Notes under the pieces: model-generated
What the model was told of the DNA's origin: nothing
Seen by the model: only the letters and a program-made list of their open reading frames with translations
The model's database searches: none
Position numbers and translations under genes: made by a program
Shown: in pieces, positions 15,172-24,651 of the stretch
Numbering within the stretch: the first letter of the stretch is position 1
Layout of the letters: the number at the start of each line of letters is the position of its first letter
Source of the DNA: a virus
IMG/VR virus record: IMGVR_UViG_3300036846_000608
Location: 1 to 42,730 of that record
Strand: one strand, 5' to 3'
Length of the DNA: 42,730 nucleotides

Positions 15172-16865
15172 CACTGCGAACAGTACTCGGTGATGATGAC
15201 CACACCGGGAGCACCACTGCCTCCAGCGAATGCCCCTGAACCAGTAATGGCCGCCGCTCCGCCGCCGCCCGAGCCCAATGCGGCACCGTTGGTGCCGCCA
15301 CCAGATGATGTTTGTCCATTGCCGCCACTCCCAAAGAAGCCAGCACCGCCCGAGCCGCCAGCGCATACGTAAGTGCCGGCGCTCAGAGACGCAGCACCAG
15401 TGGCGCCATTACCTCCGCTCGATACAACATCACCCGTGCCTGAAGAACCCAAACCACCGGGTGCGCCTATGCTAACAGATTGAGAAGCAGCAATACTGGC
15501 GCCATTGCCACCCTTCGCTACGCACAAGGTACCGAGGCTGCTATCGCCGCCAGCGGTGCCATTGCCACCAGCCAAGCATGTACCACCGGCCCCGACTGTG
15601 ACGGTCTTTGACGCACCGATAGCCGAGGCGGCCACTATCTTTCTTGAATAAGCACCACTGCCACCACCCCCGGCTGCGGCGGATGCAGTGCCACTAAGAG
15701 GAGGTGTCCCGCCACCCGCGCCGCCGCCGCCGATGCATTCGATCTGGCAGTAGACCATGTGCGAATTAGGCGTGTAGGTATAGGTACCGCCTGCCCCAGC
15801 GAACGTCTGTATCCTCGGCACGGCAATAAGATTTGGAGTAACAACATTGCCGGCGACAGTGAGCGGTCCTCCGTTCAGAGCGAACTGGGTTCCGTCGTAA
15901 TACAGATACGCCGAGCCGCTGTTGCCGAAGCGAATGGCGCCGTTGTTGCCTCCTTGCCCAAGCGTCATATTGGGGTCGTTCACATAAAGCGGGCCGCCAG
16001 TCAGAGTAAAGGCGCTGCCGTTGTACTGCAGAGAAACCGTGCCGCTGTTGCCGAAATAGTAACTACCGGTGGTCGCCGTCACTTCTGACGTGATCGCGCC
16101 CGCGACGTCGAGCATCGAGGCCGGAACTGCCTTGCCGATGCCGACATAGCCCCCACTCTCGGCGAGCGTGATGTTGCGAAAGGCGATGCCTTGCTCGACA
16201 CAGCCGATCTGAAGGCGTCGGTTTGCTGCGATAGGGTCTGTGAATAAAAAAGCCCATCCAAAAAGCTGGCTCGCAGCAAGATCGTTTGATGAAATCTGAA
16301 AGCCCGAGTTTCCTGCGGTTGCCTTGGGCAGGCCGCCCACATTCACGCCATTGCTGATGGCTGTGTTGGCGTTATAGTAGAACTGACCATAGGCCGACAC
16401 CGACAAGCTGCCAGTGCTCGACAGGCCGGTAGCCGTCAGTGCGCCGCTCCATGCGCCCCACACGCCGCCACTCATGACGCGGTAGTAGACTGGATACGTG
16501 GTATCGGTTAAATCGCGCGCCTCAAGCACCATGTTGGAAGCATCAGCGGCATAGCAGATACCGGCAAAGGCGTGGCTTGCTACCGGGCCACCGGTCGCCG
16601 TCGTCGCGGCGTAGAACGAACCGGCTGCGAAGGTGGCGCTGGCAAAATTGGTGATGACCTGCTTGGCCTGCTCGCTGCCGAGATTGGTCAGCGCCGCCGT
16701 GGCCGACGATGCCCCGGTGCCACCGGCCACGATGGGACGCGGCGTGTTGAGGTCGGTCTCGACGTCGTGGACATTGGTATTGTAGGCCGTGCTCGAAATG
16801 GTGGTGTTGCTGACCGCATCGGTGCCTGAAGGCGTGTGATAGATATTCGAACCGTCACGGGGCAT
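15171..16865 (-). CDS. tail fibre with a C-terminal glycine-rich domain
   Basis: N-terminus: MPRDGSNIYHTP...IVAGGTGASSATAALTNLG, typical of alphaproteobacterial phage fibres. About 195 C-terminal aa are IGGGGAGGG/GGGGSG/AGGNG repeats. SD ggagtagcggca. Confidence 0.8.
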   Translation of the reverse strand: MPRDGSNIYHTPSGTDAVSNTTISSTAYNTNVHDVETDLNTPRPIVAGGTGASSATAALTNLGSEQAKQVITNFASATFAAGSFYAATTATGGPVASHAFAGICYAADASNMVLEARDLTDTTYPVYYRVMSGGVWGAWSGALTATGLSSTGSLSVSAYGQFYYNANTAISNGVNVGGLPKATAGNSGFQISSNDLAASQLFGWAFLFTDPIAANRRLQIGCVEQGIAFRNITLAESGGYVGIGKAVPASMLDVAGAITSEVTATTGSYYFGNSGTVSLQYNGSAFTLTGGPLYVNDPNMTLGQGGNNGAIRFGNSGSAYLYYDGTQFALNGGPLTVAGNVVTPNLIAVPRIQTFAGAGGTYTYTPNSHMVYCQIECIGGGGAGGGTPPLSGTASAAAGGGGSGAYSRKIVAASAIGASKTVTVGAGGTCLAGGNGTAGGDSSLGTLCVAKGGNGASIAASQSVSIGAPGGLGSSGTGDVVSSGGNGATGAASLSAGTYVCAGGSGGAGFFGSGGNGQTSSGGGTNGAALGSGGGGAAAITGSGAFAGGSGAPGVVIITEYCSQ

Positions 16866-18390
16866 TGCCGCTACTCCGGTTTTCATAGGGGATATTGAGT
16901 TGATCCCAGATGCCGGCGCCGGCCTGTCTGGCTTGCGGGATCATGGCGTAGGCAATGGCATCGCGGCGCATCGCCATCGGATCGGTGATCGGCGGCGTGC
17001 GCGCGGCGCGTGCCACATATTCCGGTGAGTTGCGGCGGATCAGGTTGGCGACCTCGGTGGCTGCGGCGCGGGTGCGCGCATCGGCAGCCGCGCGCAGTCC
17101 CGATCCGCCGAGGATGACGCCGCCGGTCGCCATGGTGCCGATGGCGCCGCTGCTCAGGGGATCAAGGCCCAGCGCCACGCCCGCGGCGGTGCCGGCGCCG
17201 CCACCAATCGATGAGGTCGCCGCCTGGCCCCAGCCGCCGCCGCCGCCGAGAAACTTGCCACCGTAGCGCTGCGCATTGGTGAGCCAGTCGCCAGTGGCGG
17301 CTTCTTCTATCGCCTGCTTTTCAGCGGGCAAGGCTCCGGGGATCGCGCGCTGTCCGGTCTTGGTCTTGATGAGCGCGGCGAGATATTGTCGAGTGGTGTT
17401 GTCGAGGTTTTTTCCAGAATTGGCAATGGCGGCCTGGATGGCAGAGGTATCGATCTTGCCCTCGACGGCATCCGCCGTTTTATACGCGCGCCAATTGCCG
17501 CGAGCAGTTTCGAGATCACGACCGAGAGTATCAAGGTCTTGCCTGGTTCCACTGACAAGATGCTGTGGAGGCGGGTTCGCCATGTGGCGATCAAGGAGGT
17601 CAACCGCGAGCCCTCCGGCGAAACTATCCTGTGTGCCCGGCACACCGCCGCGTAGTTGCTGTCGTAAGGTGTCGAGGTCGTCGGGGGTGACGATGGCACC
17701 GCGCGGCTTCGGGGCGCTGGCGGCATCGAGGACGCCGAAGGTGCTGGGGGCTTTGGCAGGGTTCAATCCTCTCCGGGTCAACTCGACGCGCATGTTGTTG
17801 ATCATGTCATCCAGCATCGATGGATGGTACACGACCGGGCTGTTCCTTACCGCATCGTAGGCCGTATCGGAAGCAACCTTGAGTTGGTCCACGCCCGGCT
17901 CATAACGGTTGGCGCGGGTCACCCCAGGCACCTCGGCCATCTCCGCCGTCGGCATGCCCCTGATCAGACGTCTGCCGGCGATCGCACCGGGCAACACTCC
18001 CAGCGCATCGAGCGCCGCGTGTCCATAATTGCCACGACCGACATCGTAGATCAGATCGCCACCCGACAGCACCGATCCGATTGGAGGCGCGAGCGTACCG
18101 ATGCCGACTGCGCCCTCGGACAAATGCCGCGCCCGGTAGGGCTCGACGCCGGCCTTCATCAGCACGTCCTGGCCGATATCTGTGACCCCTTGTGTGAACG
18201 ATGGGTCGTAAGGTTTCAGTTCGCCCAGCGGCTGATTGTATTTGCTCCAGTCGACGCCGGTCGTTGCCGGCGGCGCGGCGTCGAACTGATCGAACACATT
18301 GACCGGCGGTGCTGCCGGCGGCGCGCCAGGTTCTGCAGGCGAGGGTGCCGCGGGCGACGGTGTGTCGAACTGGTCAAAGATATTCGCCAT
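16855..18390 (-). CDS. virion (tail or ejection-associated) protein, unknown function
   Basis: 511 aa. N-terminal duplicated N(I/V)FDQFD motif separated by a Pro/Ala linker. Gly-rich hydrophobic C-terminal segment. Confidence 0.8.
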   Translation of the reverse strand: MANIFDQFDTPSPAAPSPAEPGAPPAAPPVNVFDQFDAAPPATTGVDWSKYNQPLGELKPYDPSFTQGVTDIGQDVLMKAGVEPYRARHLSEGAVGIGTLAPPIGSVLSGGDLIYDVGRGNYGHAALDALGVLPGAIAGRRLIRGMPTAEMAEVPGVTRANRYEPGVDQLKVASDTAYDAVRNSPVVYHPSMLDDMINNMRVELTRRGLNPAKAPSTFGVLDAASAPKPRGAIVTPDDLDTLRQQLRGGVPGTQDSFAGGLAVDLLDRHMANPPPQHLVSGTRQDLDTLGRDLETARGNWRAYKTADAVEGKIDTSAIQAAIANSGKNLDNTTRQYLAALIKTKTGQRAIPGALPAEKQAIEEAATGDWLTNAQRYGGKFLGGGGGWGQAATSSIGGGAGTAAGVALGLDPLSSGAIGTMATGGVILGGSGLRAAADARTRAAATEVANLIRRNSPEYVARAARTPPITDPMAMRRDAIAYAMIPQARQAGAGIWDQLNIPYENRSSGNAP

Positions 18391-20408
18391 CAGCGCCCTC
18401 CGAGAATGCTCTGGGCGAGGCCGGGCGTGCGATATTTCTTGTTGAACTGGGTGATCACCTCGGGTGTCGGCTGCGAGCGAAGCAGATCAATCGCCTGGCG
18501 CGGAACGACGTTCTCCATTGGCAGGCCGTAGACACCGAACAGCGCCGCCTGACGCTGCGGATCGTCACCGGCCATGGTCTCGAGTTTTTTCTGATGCGAG
18601 ACTGCGGTTGCGGTGTTGATGCGTTCGAGCGCGCCGAGGATGCTGATGATGGAAGTGCGATCCAGCTTGATGTCACCGCCGACCGCAGCCTTGGCGATGT
18701 TCATGTCGCTATCGGAGATGTTGGCACCGCCGACCAGCGCCTGCCGCGCCGAGGCCAGCACCGGAGAGATCATGGCGCGAAATTCTTCGGTGGCATTGAT
18801 GCGTGGATCGGTCGGGAAGCCTGCCGCCGACATGATTTTTTTCAGCGACAGATTGGTCTCGGCAGCGGAGCCGGTGAACATCTTGCCCTCCAGCGCGGCC
18901 TGGCGCGCATTCTGGATTGCCATTTGCGCCATCGGGATCGACTTGTTCATCTCATGGCTCTTGCCGATCTCCTCGAACAATTTGCCCTGGTCGAGACCGC
19001 CGAATGCACCAGCCTTGGCGATCTCGATCTCCTTGGCCTTGCGTTCCAGTTCGCGTTCGGGCGCGCCACGTTCGAAGGTCTCGCGCGACGTCACCTGCTG
19101 ATTGTAGAGTTGCAACTGCGCCTCATAGGCTCGCATCCGCGCATCGTATTCCTGCTTCCGCTGCGCGGCGCCGTAGGTGATCATGTTCTTGGCGGCCTCG
19201 GCGTAATTCGGATCGCCGGGATGCAGCGCCAGCATTCGGTAACCGCGCTTTTCGTCCTCACTCATCGGAGGGTCTTGCGGCTGCACCGGCTTGTCGGGCG
19301 GCGCGGTCACGACCGGTGGCGGCGTCGGGCGTTGTGGCAGACCGGTGAGCGGTGCTGTCGGCGCCGGCATGATATCGGTGACAACACCGGGCTTCTGCGC
19401 CTGCGCCAGTTGCGGATTAGGCCCACCACCAGGGAGCGAAATAGTCGCTCCCTGCTGCGTAGGGTTTGGCTGCGGCACCCCCGGTACCGGCGCGCGATTT
19501 GGCTGCATGAGAAGTTCACGCGCGATGTCGTCGCGCTGCTGCATGGTGTCGGCGGCGGCGGCGCCGACACCCGGACTGATGCCGGTGATCGGTGGCGCAT
19601 CGCTTTGGATGTCGCCGCTGCGCGAGGCTGTCGGCGCATAGGAATAGGCCCCGGTCGGACCGCCCTTCATGCCCGTGACATCGGCAAGCCTGGCATCGGC
19701 GACCGCATCTGCCGGCGCGTAGGATGGGCGCGATCCAACCTGTCCCGGCGCAAATCCCGGTGCTGGCTGGTAGGGATCGAACGCGCCGGCAAATCTCGTC
19801 GATTGAGTGTCGGCGTTGGGCGGCTCCAGGCCCCTACCGGGCGCCATGGATGTAGCACGTCTCGCGGCATAAGCCTGCATCGCCTCTGGCGATAGCGCCG
19901 CAGCAGGAGAGGCGGCTGGCGGCGCTGGTGATGGTGCTGCCGGCGGCGGAATAATATAGGCCTGCTGGCGCGGCAGCGGCGCTGCAGGCGGTGCCTGTGG
20001 CGGCGTCTCCGGCGGCGTCTCCTGTGGCGGCGGCGTCTCCGGCGGTGCCTCGGGCGGCGTCACGGCGGCGATGACCGGGTTCTCGTCGTCGGCGGCGGCG
20101 GTCGTCGTCGCAGGCTCGGCTGCGCTCTGCGGGCCTGGTCGCGCCTCGCCTGGCACCATGCCAGGCGCCTCCTTCTCAAGCTGGCGCTGGTAGGCGGCCT
20201 CCTGCGCCATCAGCCGGCGATAGGTCATGCCCTCGCCGATGGCATCGCCGACCGCCGACAATCCCTCGCCCAGCGTTTTCGGATATCCCTTGCGGCTGTT
20301 CTGCGCCAGCATCGCCAGCGCGATCTTGCGACGCATTTCGAGCGCCGGATAGTTGGTGTTGCCGCCGGGATCGGAGAAGAATGAAAACAGTGAACCGGTG
20401 TCTGCCAT
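18390..20408 (-). CDS. large virion protein with a central Pro-rich linker
   Basis: 672 aa from the ATG (a GTG lies one codon upstream). TGATG junctions with both neighbours. Confidence 0.8.
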   Translation of the reverse strand: MADTGSLFSFFSDPGGNTNYPALEMRRKIALAMLAQNSRKGYPKTLGEGLSAVGDAIGEGMTYRRLMAQEAAYQRQLEKEAPGMVPGEARPGPQSAAEPATTTAAADDENPVIAAVTPPEAPPETPPPQETPPETPPQAPPAAPLPRQQAYIIPPPAAPSPAPPAASPAAALSPEAMQAYAARRATSMAPGRGLEPPNADTQSTRFAGAFDPYQPAPGFAPGQVGSRPSYAPADAVADARLADVTGMKGGPTGAYSYAPTASRSGDIQSDAPPITGISPGVGAAAADTMQQRDDIARELLMQPNRAPVPGVPQPNPTQQGATISLPGGGPNPQLAQAQKPGVVTDIMPAPTAPLTGLPQRPTPPPVVTAPPDKPVQPQDPPMSEDEKRGYRMLALHPGDPNYAEAAKNMITYGAAQRKQEYDARMRAYEAQLQLYNQQVTSRETFERGAPERELERKAKEIEIAKAGAFGGLDQGKLFEEIGKSHEMNKSIPMAQMAIQNARQAALEGKMFTGSAAETNLSLKKIMSAAGFPTDPRINATEEFRAMISPVLASARQALVGGANISDSDMNIAKAAVGGDIKLDRTSIISILGALERINTATAVSHQKKLETMAGDDPQRQAALFGVYGLPMENVVPRQAIDLLRSQPTPEVITQFNKKYRTPGLAQSILGGR

Positions 20409-21913
20409 CACGCTGCCCTCAATATGCCGCCCATCACTCTCTGGGGGTCGATGTATTTGATGCCGCCGCGCTGCGCGACCGCACCGGGATCGATCTGCTC
20501 AACGTCCTGCGCCATCGGACCGACATGACGCTGACCTGGATCGTGCTTGTAGGAGTATTCGTAGATCGGCAATTTTTCGCGCTCGCCGTCCTCGTTGGTC
20601 GAGAACACCGTGCCGATTTGATCGATGTCCTGCTTGGTCCTGACATCGGACATCATCATTCCCTTCGCCGCGCCGGCACCGAGACCGAGAATGCCGCCCA
20701 TTAACGACTGGTAGTTGGCATTCTGCTGCTGGTAGATGCCCATCTGCTGGCTGAACTGGTTGTTGATCAGACCGGCGACGTCAGTGGTCGGAATTTGCGC
20801 GCCGGGGGTCGAGACGAAATTCGGCTGCGTCACCTGCGACTGACCGAGCAGCGCGCTGATCTCGTTGATCGGCTGATTGCGCTGTGCGTACTGCTCCTGC
20901 ATGTACTGATTGCGCGCGGCCTGCGCGGCGTTGAAGCCGGCCTGCTGCTGCGCCATCTGCTGCGCCAACCCGGCGTTCTGGAAGGTTGCCGCCGCCTGGT
21001 TCTGCTGAAACTGCTGCCCAACTGCCTGATTGGCGAACACGCCGGCGCCCAGGTTCTGCTGAAACTGCTGCCCGGCTGCCTGGTTGGCGAACGTGCCCGC
21101 GCCCAATGATTGCTGGTACGCCTGCTGCTGCGCGGCGTTCGCAAAACCCGCCTGCTGCGCGGCGATATCCATCAGGGTCTTTTCCTGGCCGGTGGCGCCC
21201 GTGATCGCCTGCAGCCACGCATTGTTCTGCTGCTGGCCGAACGGCATCATGGCGTTGTTGTAGGCCTGGCTGCCGGGGCGAACGCCCTGGTCGGCCAGTT
21301 GCTGCTGCAGGTTGGCTTTCTGGATATCGAGTTGCGGATTGATCTGGCCCATCAGCGCCTGCTGCACCTGTTGGGCGTAGGCGGTGGGATCACTGGGGCC
21401 ATAGCTTGAAGTGATATTGCCGGCATTGGCGAGGCCGCTTGTGTCGAGCGAGGTCTGCACCGGGGCGGAAGCATCGATCGCGGCGTGCACCGGTTGCTTG
21501 TTGAACGTGGTAGCGGCACTGGGCACGTCAGTAATGGCACTGGCCTGACCGCCCGCAGGCGCGGAGCCGGTCGGATCGAACGGGGTCGACAGCATGCTGG
21601 AAATCCGCTGCGACTGGGTGTTTGCCATGCCGGCCAGATTTGTCTGCGCAGCCTGGGTCTGGGTCTGGATCGCCTGTTGCTGTGGCGACAGCGTCTGTGT
21701 CGCCGTGAACCTGGGGATGGTGTAGTTCGAGCCCGTGGTCGGATCGGTCCAGCTATAGCTATCGGTCGGCGCGTAGCTCAGAGACCCGGTCGGCGTGACC
21801 TGGTTGGTGTCATTGAGGAACGCGTTGGCGATCGCGGTCGAGACATTGGTGCCGGTTGCGAGGCCTGCGGTCTGGACCGGGTTGGGTGGCGTTGGTGCGT
21901 CTGGCTTACCCAT
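20408..21913 (-). CDS. tail fibre/spike protein with a Q-rich repeat region and a C-terminal Peptidase_S74 intramolecular-chaperone domain
   Basis: C-terminus: [15 protein letters not shown]...[11 protein letters not shown]...[17 protein letters not shown]...YIDPQRV is the S74 autoproteolytic chaperone signature. Confidence 0.85.
   Translation of the reverse strand: MGKPDAPTPPNPVQTAGLATGTNVSTAIANAFLNDTNQVTPTGSLSYAPTDSYSWTDPTTGSNYTIPRFTATQTLSPQQQAIQTQTQAAQTNLAGMANTQSQRISSMLSTPFDPTGSAPAGGQASAITDVPSAATTFNKQPVHAAIDASAPVQTSLDTSGLANAGNITSSYGPSDPTAYAQQVQQALMGQINPQLDIQKANLQQQLADQGVRPGSQAYNNAMMPFGQQQNNAWLQAITGATGQEKTLMDIAAQQAGFANAAQQQAYQQSLGAGTFANQAAGQQFQQNLGAGVFANQAVGQQFQQNQAAATFQNAGLAQQMAQQQAGFNAAQAARNQYMQEQYAQRNQPINEISALLGQSQVTQPNFVSTPGAQIPTTDVAGLINNQFSQQMGIYQQQNANYQSLMGGILGLGAGAAKGMMMSDVRTKQDIDQIGTVFSTNEDGEREKLPIYEYSYKHDPGQRHVGPMAQDVEQIDPGAVAQRGGIKYIDPQRVMGGILRAA
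20998..21105. repeat. two tandem 54-nt units encoding LGAG(T/V)FANQA(A/V)GQQFQQN
   Basis: Read directly inside CDS 20408..21913. Confidence 0.85.
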
Positions 21914-22334
21914 AGGGCTGACCCTGGTTGAACATCATCGACATCGGCGAGGCCTGCGGAGATAATCCCGCGCCCAACCCCGTTGGCATCGCGCTGGGCA
22001 TTCCACCCGGCATCGCACCCGGTGCGCCACCCGGCATGCCCGGTGCGCCACCGGGCATTGCACCGCCCGGCATTCCGCCGGGCATCGGCATTCCACCTGG
22101 CGGCATTCCGCCCGGCATTCCACCGGGCATCGCACCAGCGCCGGGCATCGTCGGCCCGCCTGGCAGGCCCTGCGCGTTGATGCCGCCGGGGCTCTGCATC
22201 GGCTGTTGCATCGGTTGCTGTTGCATCGGTGGCTGCATCGGCATTCCCGCGCTGGGAAGACCGCCCAACTGCCGCTGCGCCATGATCGCCTGCGCAATCG
22301 AATTGCGACCCATCATTGAATTGCCGTAAGGCAT
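21906..22334 (-). CDS. Met-Pro-Gly low-complexity protein
   Basis: 142 aa, largely (G)[12 protein letters not shown] repeats plus PMQQ repeats. In operon frame with coupled junctions. Confidence 0.7.
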   Translation of the reverse strand: MPYGNSMMGRNSIAQAIMAQRQLGGLPSAGMPMQPPMQQQPMQQPMQSPGGINAQGLPGGPTMPGAGAMPGGMPGGMPPGGMPMPGGMPGGAMPGGAPGMPGGAPGAMPGGMPSAMPTGLGAGLSPQASPMSMMFNQGQPYG

Positions 22335-22816
22335 CACGCAGCCTCCTCTATTGCCTCACCCATCAGGTGATGCTTCAGTCGCTTGTTGAAACGATTGTTG
22401 ATCCAGTCTTCATAGGTCAGCGAGCAGATCACGCCGTCGCGCTCGCGACCGAACAGCCGCGGCACGGTGACGAAGCTGTAGCCATAGGCCGCCAGCATTC
22501 CCAACAGACGCTCATCGTCGGCGGGCGTCCGCTGCACCACCATCTGGCAGTGACACTGCAGGAACGGATACTGGTACATCACGCGCAGCGTGTCGCGCGT
22601 CAGCCATGGCACTTTCGGCATCGCCGCGCCCGCGATCTCGATGATCTCGGCCTCGGGATCGTAGTTGTAGTAGACGATGCCGGCGAGCAGACGACCCGTG
22701 CGGTCGATCACGCCGATGGCCTTGCAGTGCGGACCAAAGCCTCGGCGACAATGCGGGATCAATTCCGCGACGAACTCGGCGACGATCTGATCATGGCCGT
22801 AGACGTAGTCGAGCAT
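22334..22816 (-). CDS. GNAT-fold (RimJ/RimL-like) acetyltransferase-like protein
   Basis: 160 aa. The pattern ...[74 protein letters not shown] resembles Acetyltransf_3. Assigned by eye only. Confidence 0.55.
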   Translation of the reverse strand: MLDYVYGHDQIVAEFVAELIPHCRRGFGPHCKAIGVIDRTGRLLAGIVYYNYDPEAEIIEIAGAAMPKVPWLTRDTLRVMYQYPFLQCHCQMVVQRTPADDERLLGMLAAYGYSFVTVPRLFGRERDGVICSLTYEDWINNRFNKRLKHHLMGEAIEEAA

Positions 22817-22825
22817 GGCGCACCA

Positions 22826-24640
22826 CTATTCTGGGATCGGATAAATCTGAACTGGATTATAGCCAGGGGGGTTGGCGTCCCAGGCCGGACCGCCGCCGCC
22901 GGTGAAAGTGCTTCCAGAGTAACCTGGATCAGACAGCCCGCCGCCTGGCTGATAGCCCGGCGAACTGTAATCACCTTGGCCTTGACCGCCTTGATAAGTC
23001 GAGCCCGGCCAGCTACCACCGCCGGGTGGCGGCACATATTGACCCTGAGCCTGCGGCTGGGTGACATATCGAAAACCACCCGCCGGGACAAATCCCGGCT
23101 GCATCAGCGAATACCAGCCACCCGCATCGCTGCCCCAGCCGATTTGGCCCTGAAGCCATGTCGCCTGGGCCGGAAGATAGCCTTGGGTGAGGTACGGACC
23201 TTTGATGCCTCCCGGTACGGCCTCGCCCCATGCCGTAGGGCCGCTCGATGCTGGAGCCGGCCCGCCCTCCCCGGCTGTGCCCGGTGCAAACGCTGTCGCC
23301 AACTCAGCGTCGGTGGGATAGCGACCGTAGCGCGACAGATGCGCCTGCCGGTAATCCTGCTGCGCCTGGCTGTATTGGCTTGCGGCGCGGTCCGCAGGTG
23401 TCAGCGTGTCCTGGCTGGGAGGCGGCGCTGGTGCTGGTGCTGGTGCTGGTGCTGGCCCGCCCTCGCCTGGTGCCCCCGGCACAAACGCAGCAGCCAGGTC
23501 GGCGGCGGTGGGATAGTAGCCATAGCGATCAAGATGTGCCTGCCTGTAGGATTGCTCTGCCGGCGTGTAGTTGGTGGTGTCAGGGGCACCCTGGTATAGG
23601 CTGGGCGGCCCGACGGGACTGCCCGTGTCCGTCGACGTCGCCATCTGGTTTTGAAGATTGCTGCCGTAGCCAAGGCGAAGGGCGTTCTGTGCATCTTGCA
23701 TGGCGGTCGAGGCGCCGCCCTCTCCGGGTGCACCCGGAGCAAATGCGGCAGCCAGGTCGGAGGCGTTGGGGTAGTAGCCGTAGCGGTCGTAGTGCGCCTG
23801 TCTGTAGGACTGCTCTGCCGGCGTGTAGCCACTTTGACCCGTCGCGGCGTCGATGGTGCCCAATGTCTGTTGCAAATCAGAGATGGCCTGTTGCTGATCG
23901 AACATCGGTGGCATCGAGGAGGTGTTGTAGCGATCAGCAAAAGATGGGCCAGGAGCCGGTAGTGCTCCCGGTAACCTGCCGCCTGGGCCGTAGTCCTGAT
24001 CCCAACCACCGCCTGGATTAAAATAATTTGCAGGCGGCGGCTCTCCGTACCGCTCAAGATGTGCCTGCGCGTAGGCCTGCTGCGCCGGCGTAAGTGGCTG
24101 CGTCGGATTTTGTGCGACCGAACTTGACCCGCCTTCCTGGTACGGAAAGGTCGGCGGTGAATAGGTGCTGGGATTGTACGACGTCGCCGGATAGCCACCT
24201 CCGAACGGACTGGTCATCCAACCACCTTCAGGTGTGTAAAATTGACCAGGACTGCCGCCACCTTCCCAAGGGCTCGGAGGACTGGGCGTTGCGCCGTATG
24301 AGGGTGGCATCGAGGTTTGCGGGCCGATCTGTTGGTCGATTGCTTGCGATGCCGGATTTGGCACGCCGGAATTTGATGGAAAATAACTTGGGTCACTGAA
24401 TGAACCAGGATCGAAAGTGCCACCCTGCGCGGCGCTGAACCTGTCAGTAAACGTCGGGGCTGGAGCGCCGCCGGCCCCGAACGGAGGGTCCATCCAGCCG
24501 CCTTCGGGCGTGTAAAATTGGCCAGAACTACTGATACCGGGACTGGCAGGAGGGTTCATCAGTCCCTGCGCGATCCGGTTGCGCATTGCCTCGTTGACTG
24601 CCTCTATCGATTGAGGATCGAGAGGAGACGGATCAGCCAT
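22826..24640 (-). CDS. Pro/Gly/Tyr-rich repeat protein (virion or ejection protein candidate)
   Basis: 604 aa. Four copies of (Y/L)TPA(E/Q)Q(S/A)Y(R/A)QAH(L/Y)(D/E/S)RYG.. units, two copies of GQFYTPEGGWM, and a (PA)n tract. Confidence 0.8.
   Translation of the reverse strand: MADPSPLDPQSIEAVNEAMRNRIAQGLMNPPASPGISSSGQFYTPEGGWMDPPFGAGGAPAPTFTDRFSAAQGGTFDPGSFSDPSYFPSNSGVPNPASQAIDQQIGPQTSMPPSYGATPSPPSPWEGGGSPGQFYTPEGGWMTSPFGGGYPATSYNPSTYSPPTFPYQEGGSSSVAQNPTQPLTPAQQAYAQAHLERYGEPPPANYFNPGGGWDQDYGPGGRLPGALPAPGPSFADRYNTSSMPPMFDQQQAISDLQQTLGTIDAATGQSGYTPAEQSYRQAHYDRYGYYPNASDLAAAFAPGAPGEGGASTAMQDAQNALRLGYGSNLQNQMATSTDTGSPVGPPSLYQGAPDTTNYTPAEQSYRQAHLDRYGYYPTAADLAAAFVPGAPGEGGPAPAPAPAPAPPPSQDTLTPADRAASQYSQAQQDYRQAHLSRYGRYPTDAELATAFAPGTAGEGGPAPASSGPTAWGEAVPGGIKGPYLTQGYLPAQATWLQGQIGWGSDAGGWYSLMQPGFVPAGGFRYVTQPQAQGQYVPPPGGGSWPGSTYQGGQGQGDYSSPGYQPGGGLSDPGYSGSTFTGGGGPAWDANPPGYNPVQIYPIPE
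23427..23456. repeat. hexanucleotide microsatellite (GCTGGT)x4 plus one imperfect unit, encoding (PA)n
   Basis: Read directly. Confidence 0.9.
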
Positions 24641-24651
24641 CGCTCATTCCC

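Noticed and set aside
18309-19895. 528-aa plus-strand ORF antisense to the 672-aa virion gene. Similar long shadow ORFs occur at 22316..23599, 27765..28862, 36652..37992, 3338..3946, 5779..6441 and 39274..40203.
   Set aside because: These are Arg/Gly/Leu/His-rich shadow frames, typical of GC-rich DNA. They have no SD and no coupling, and each lies opposite an ORF with strong GC3 bias and recognisable protein features.
21928-22329. Plus-strand and alternative-frame ORFs across the MPG-repeat gene.
   Set aside because: All frames are open because of the simple repeat. Only the minus frame 21906..22334 is coupled to its neighbours.
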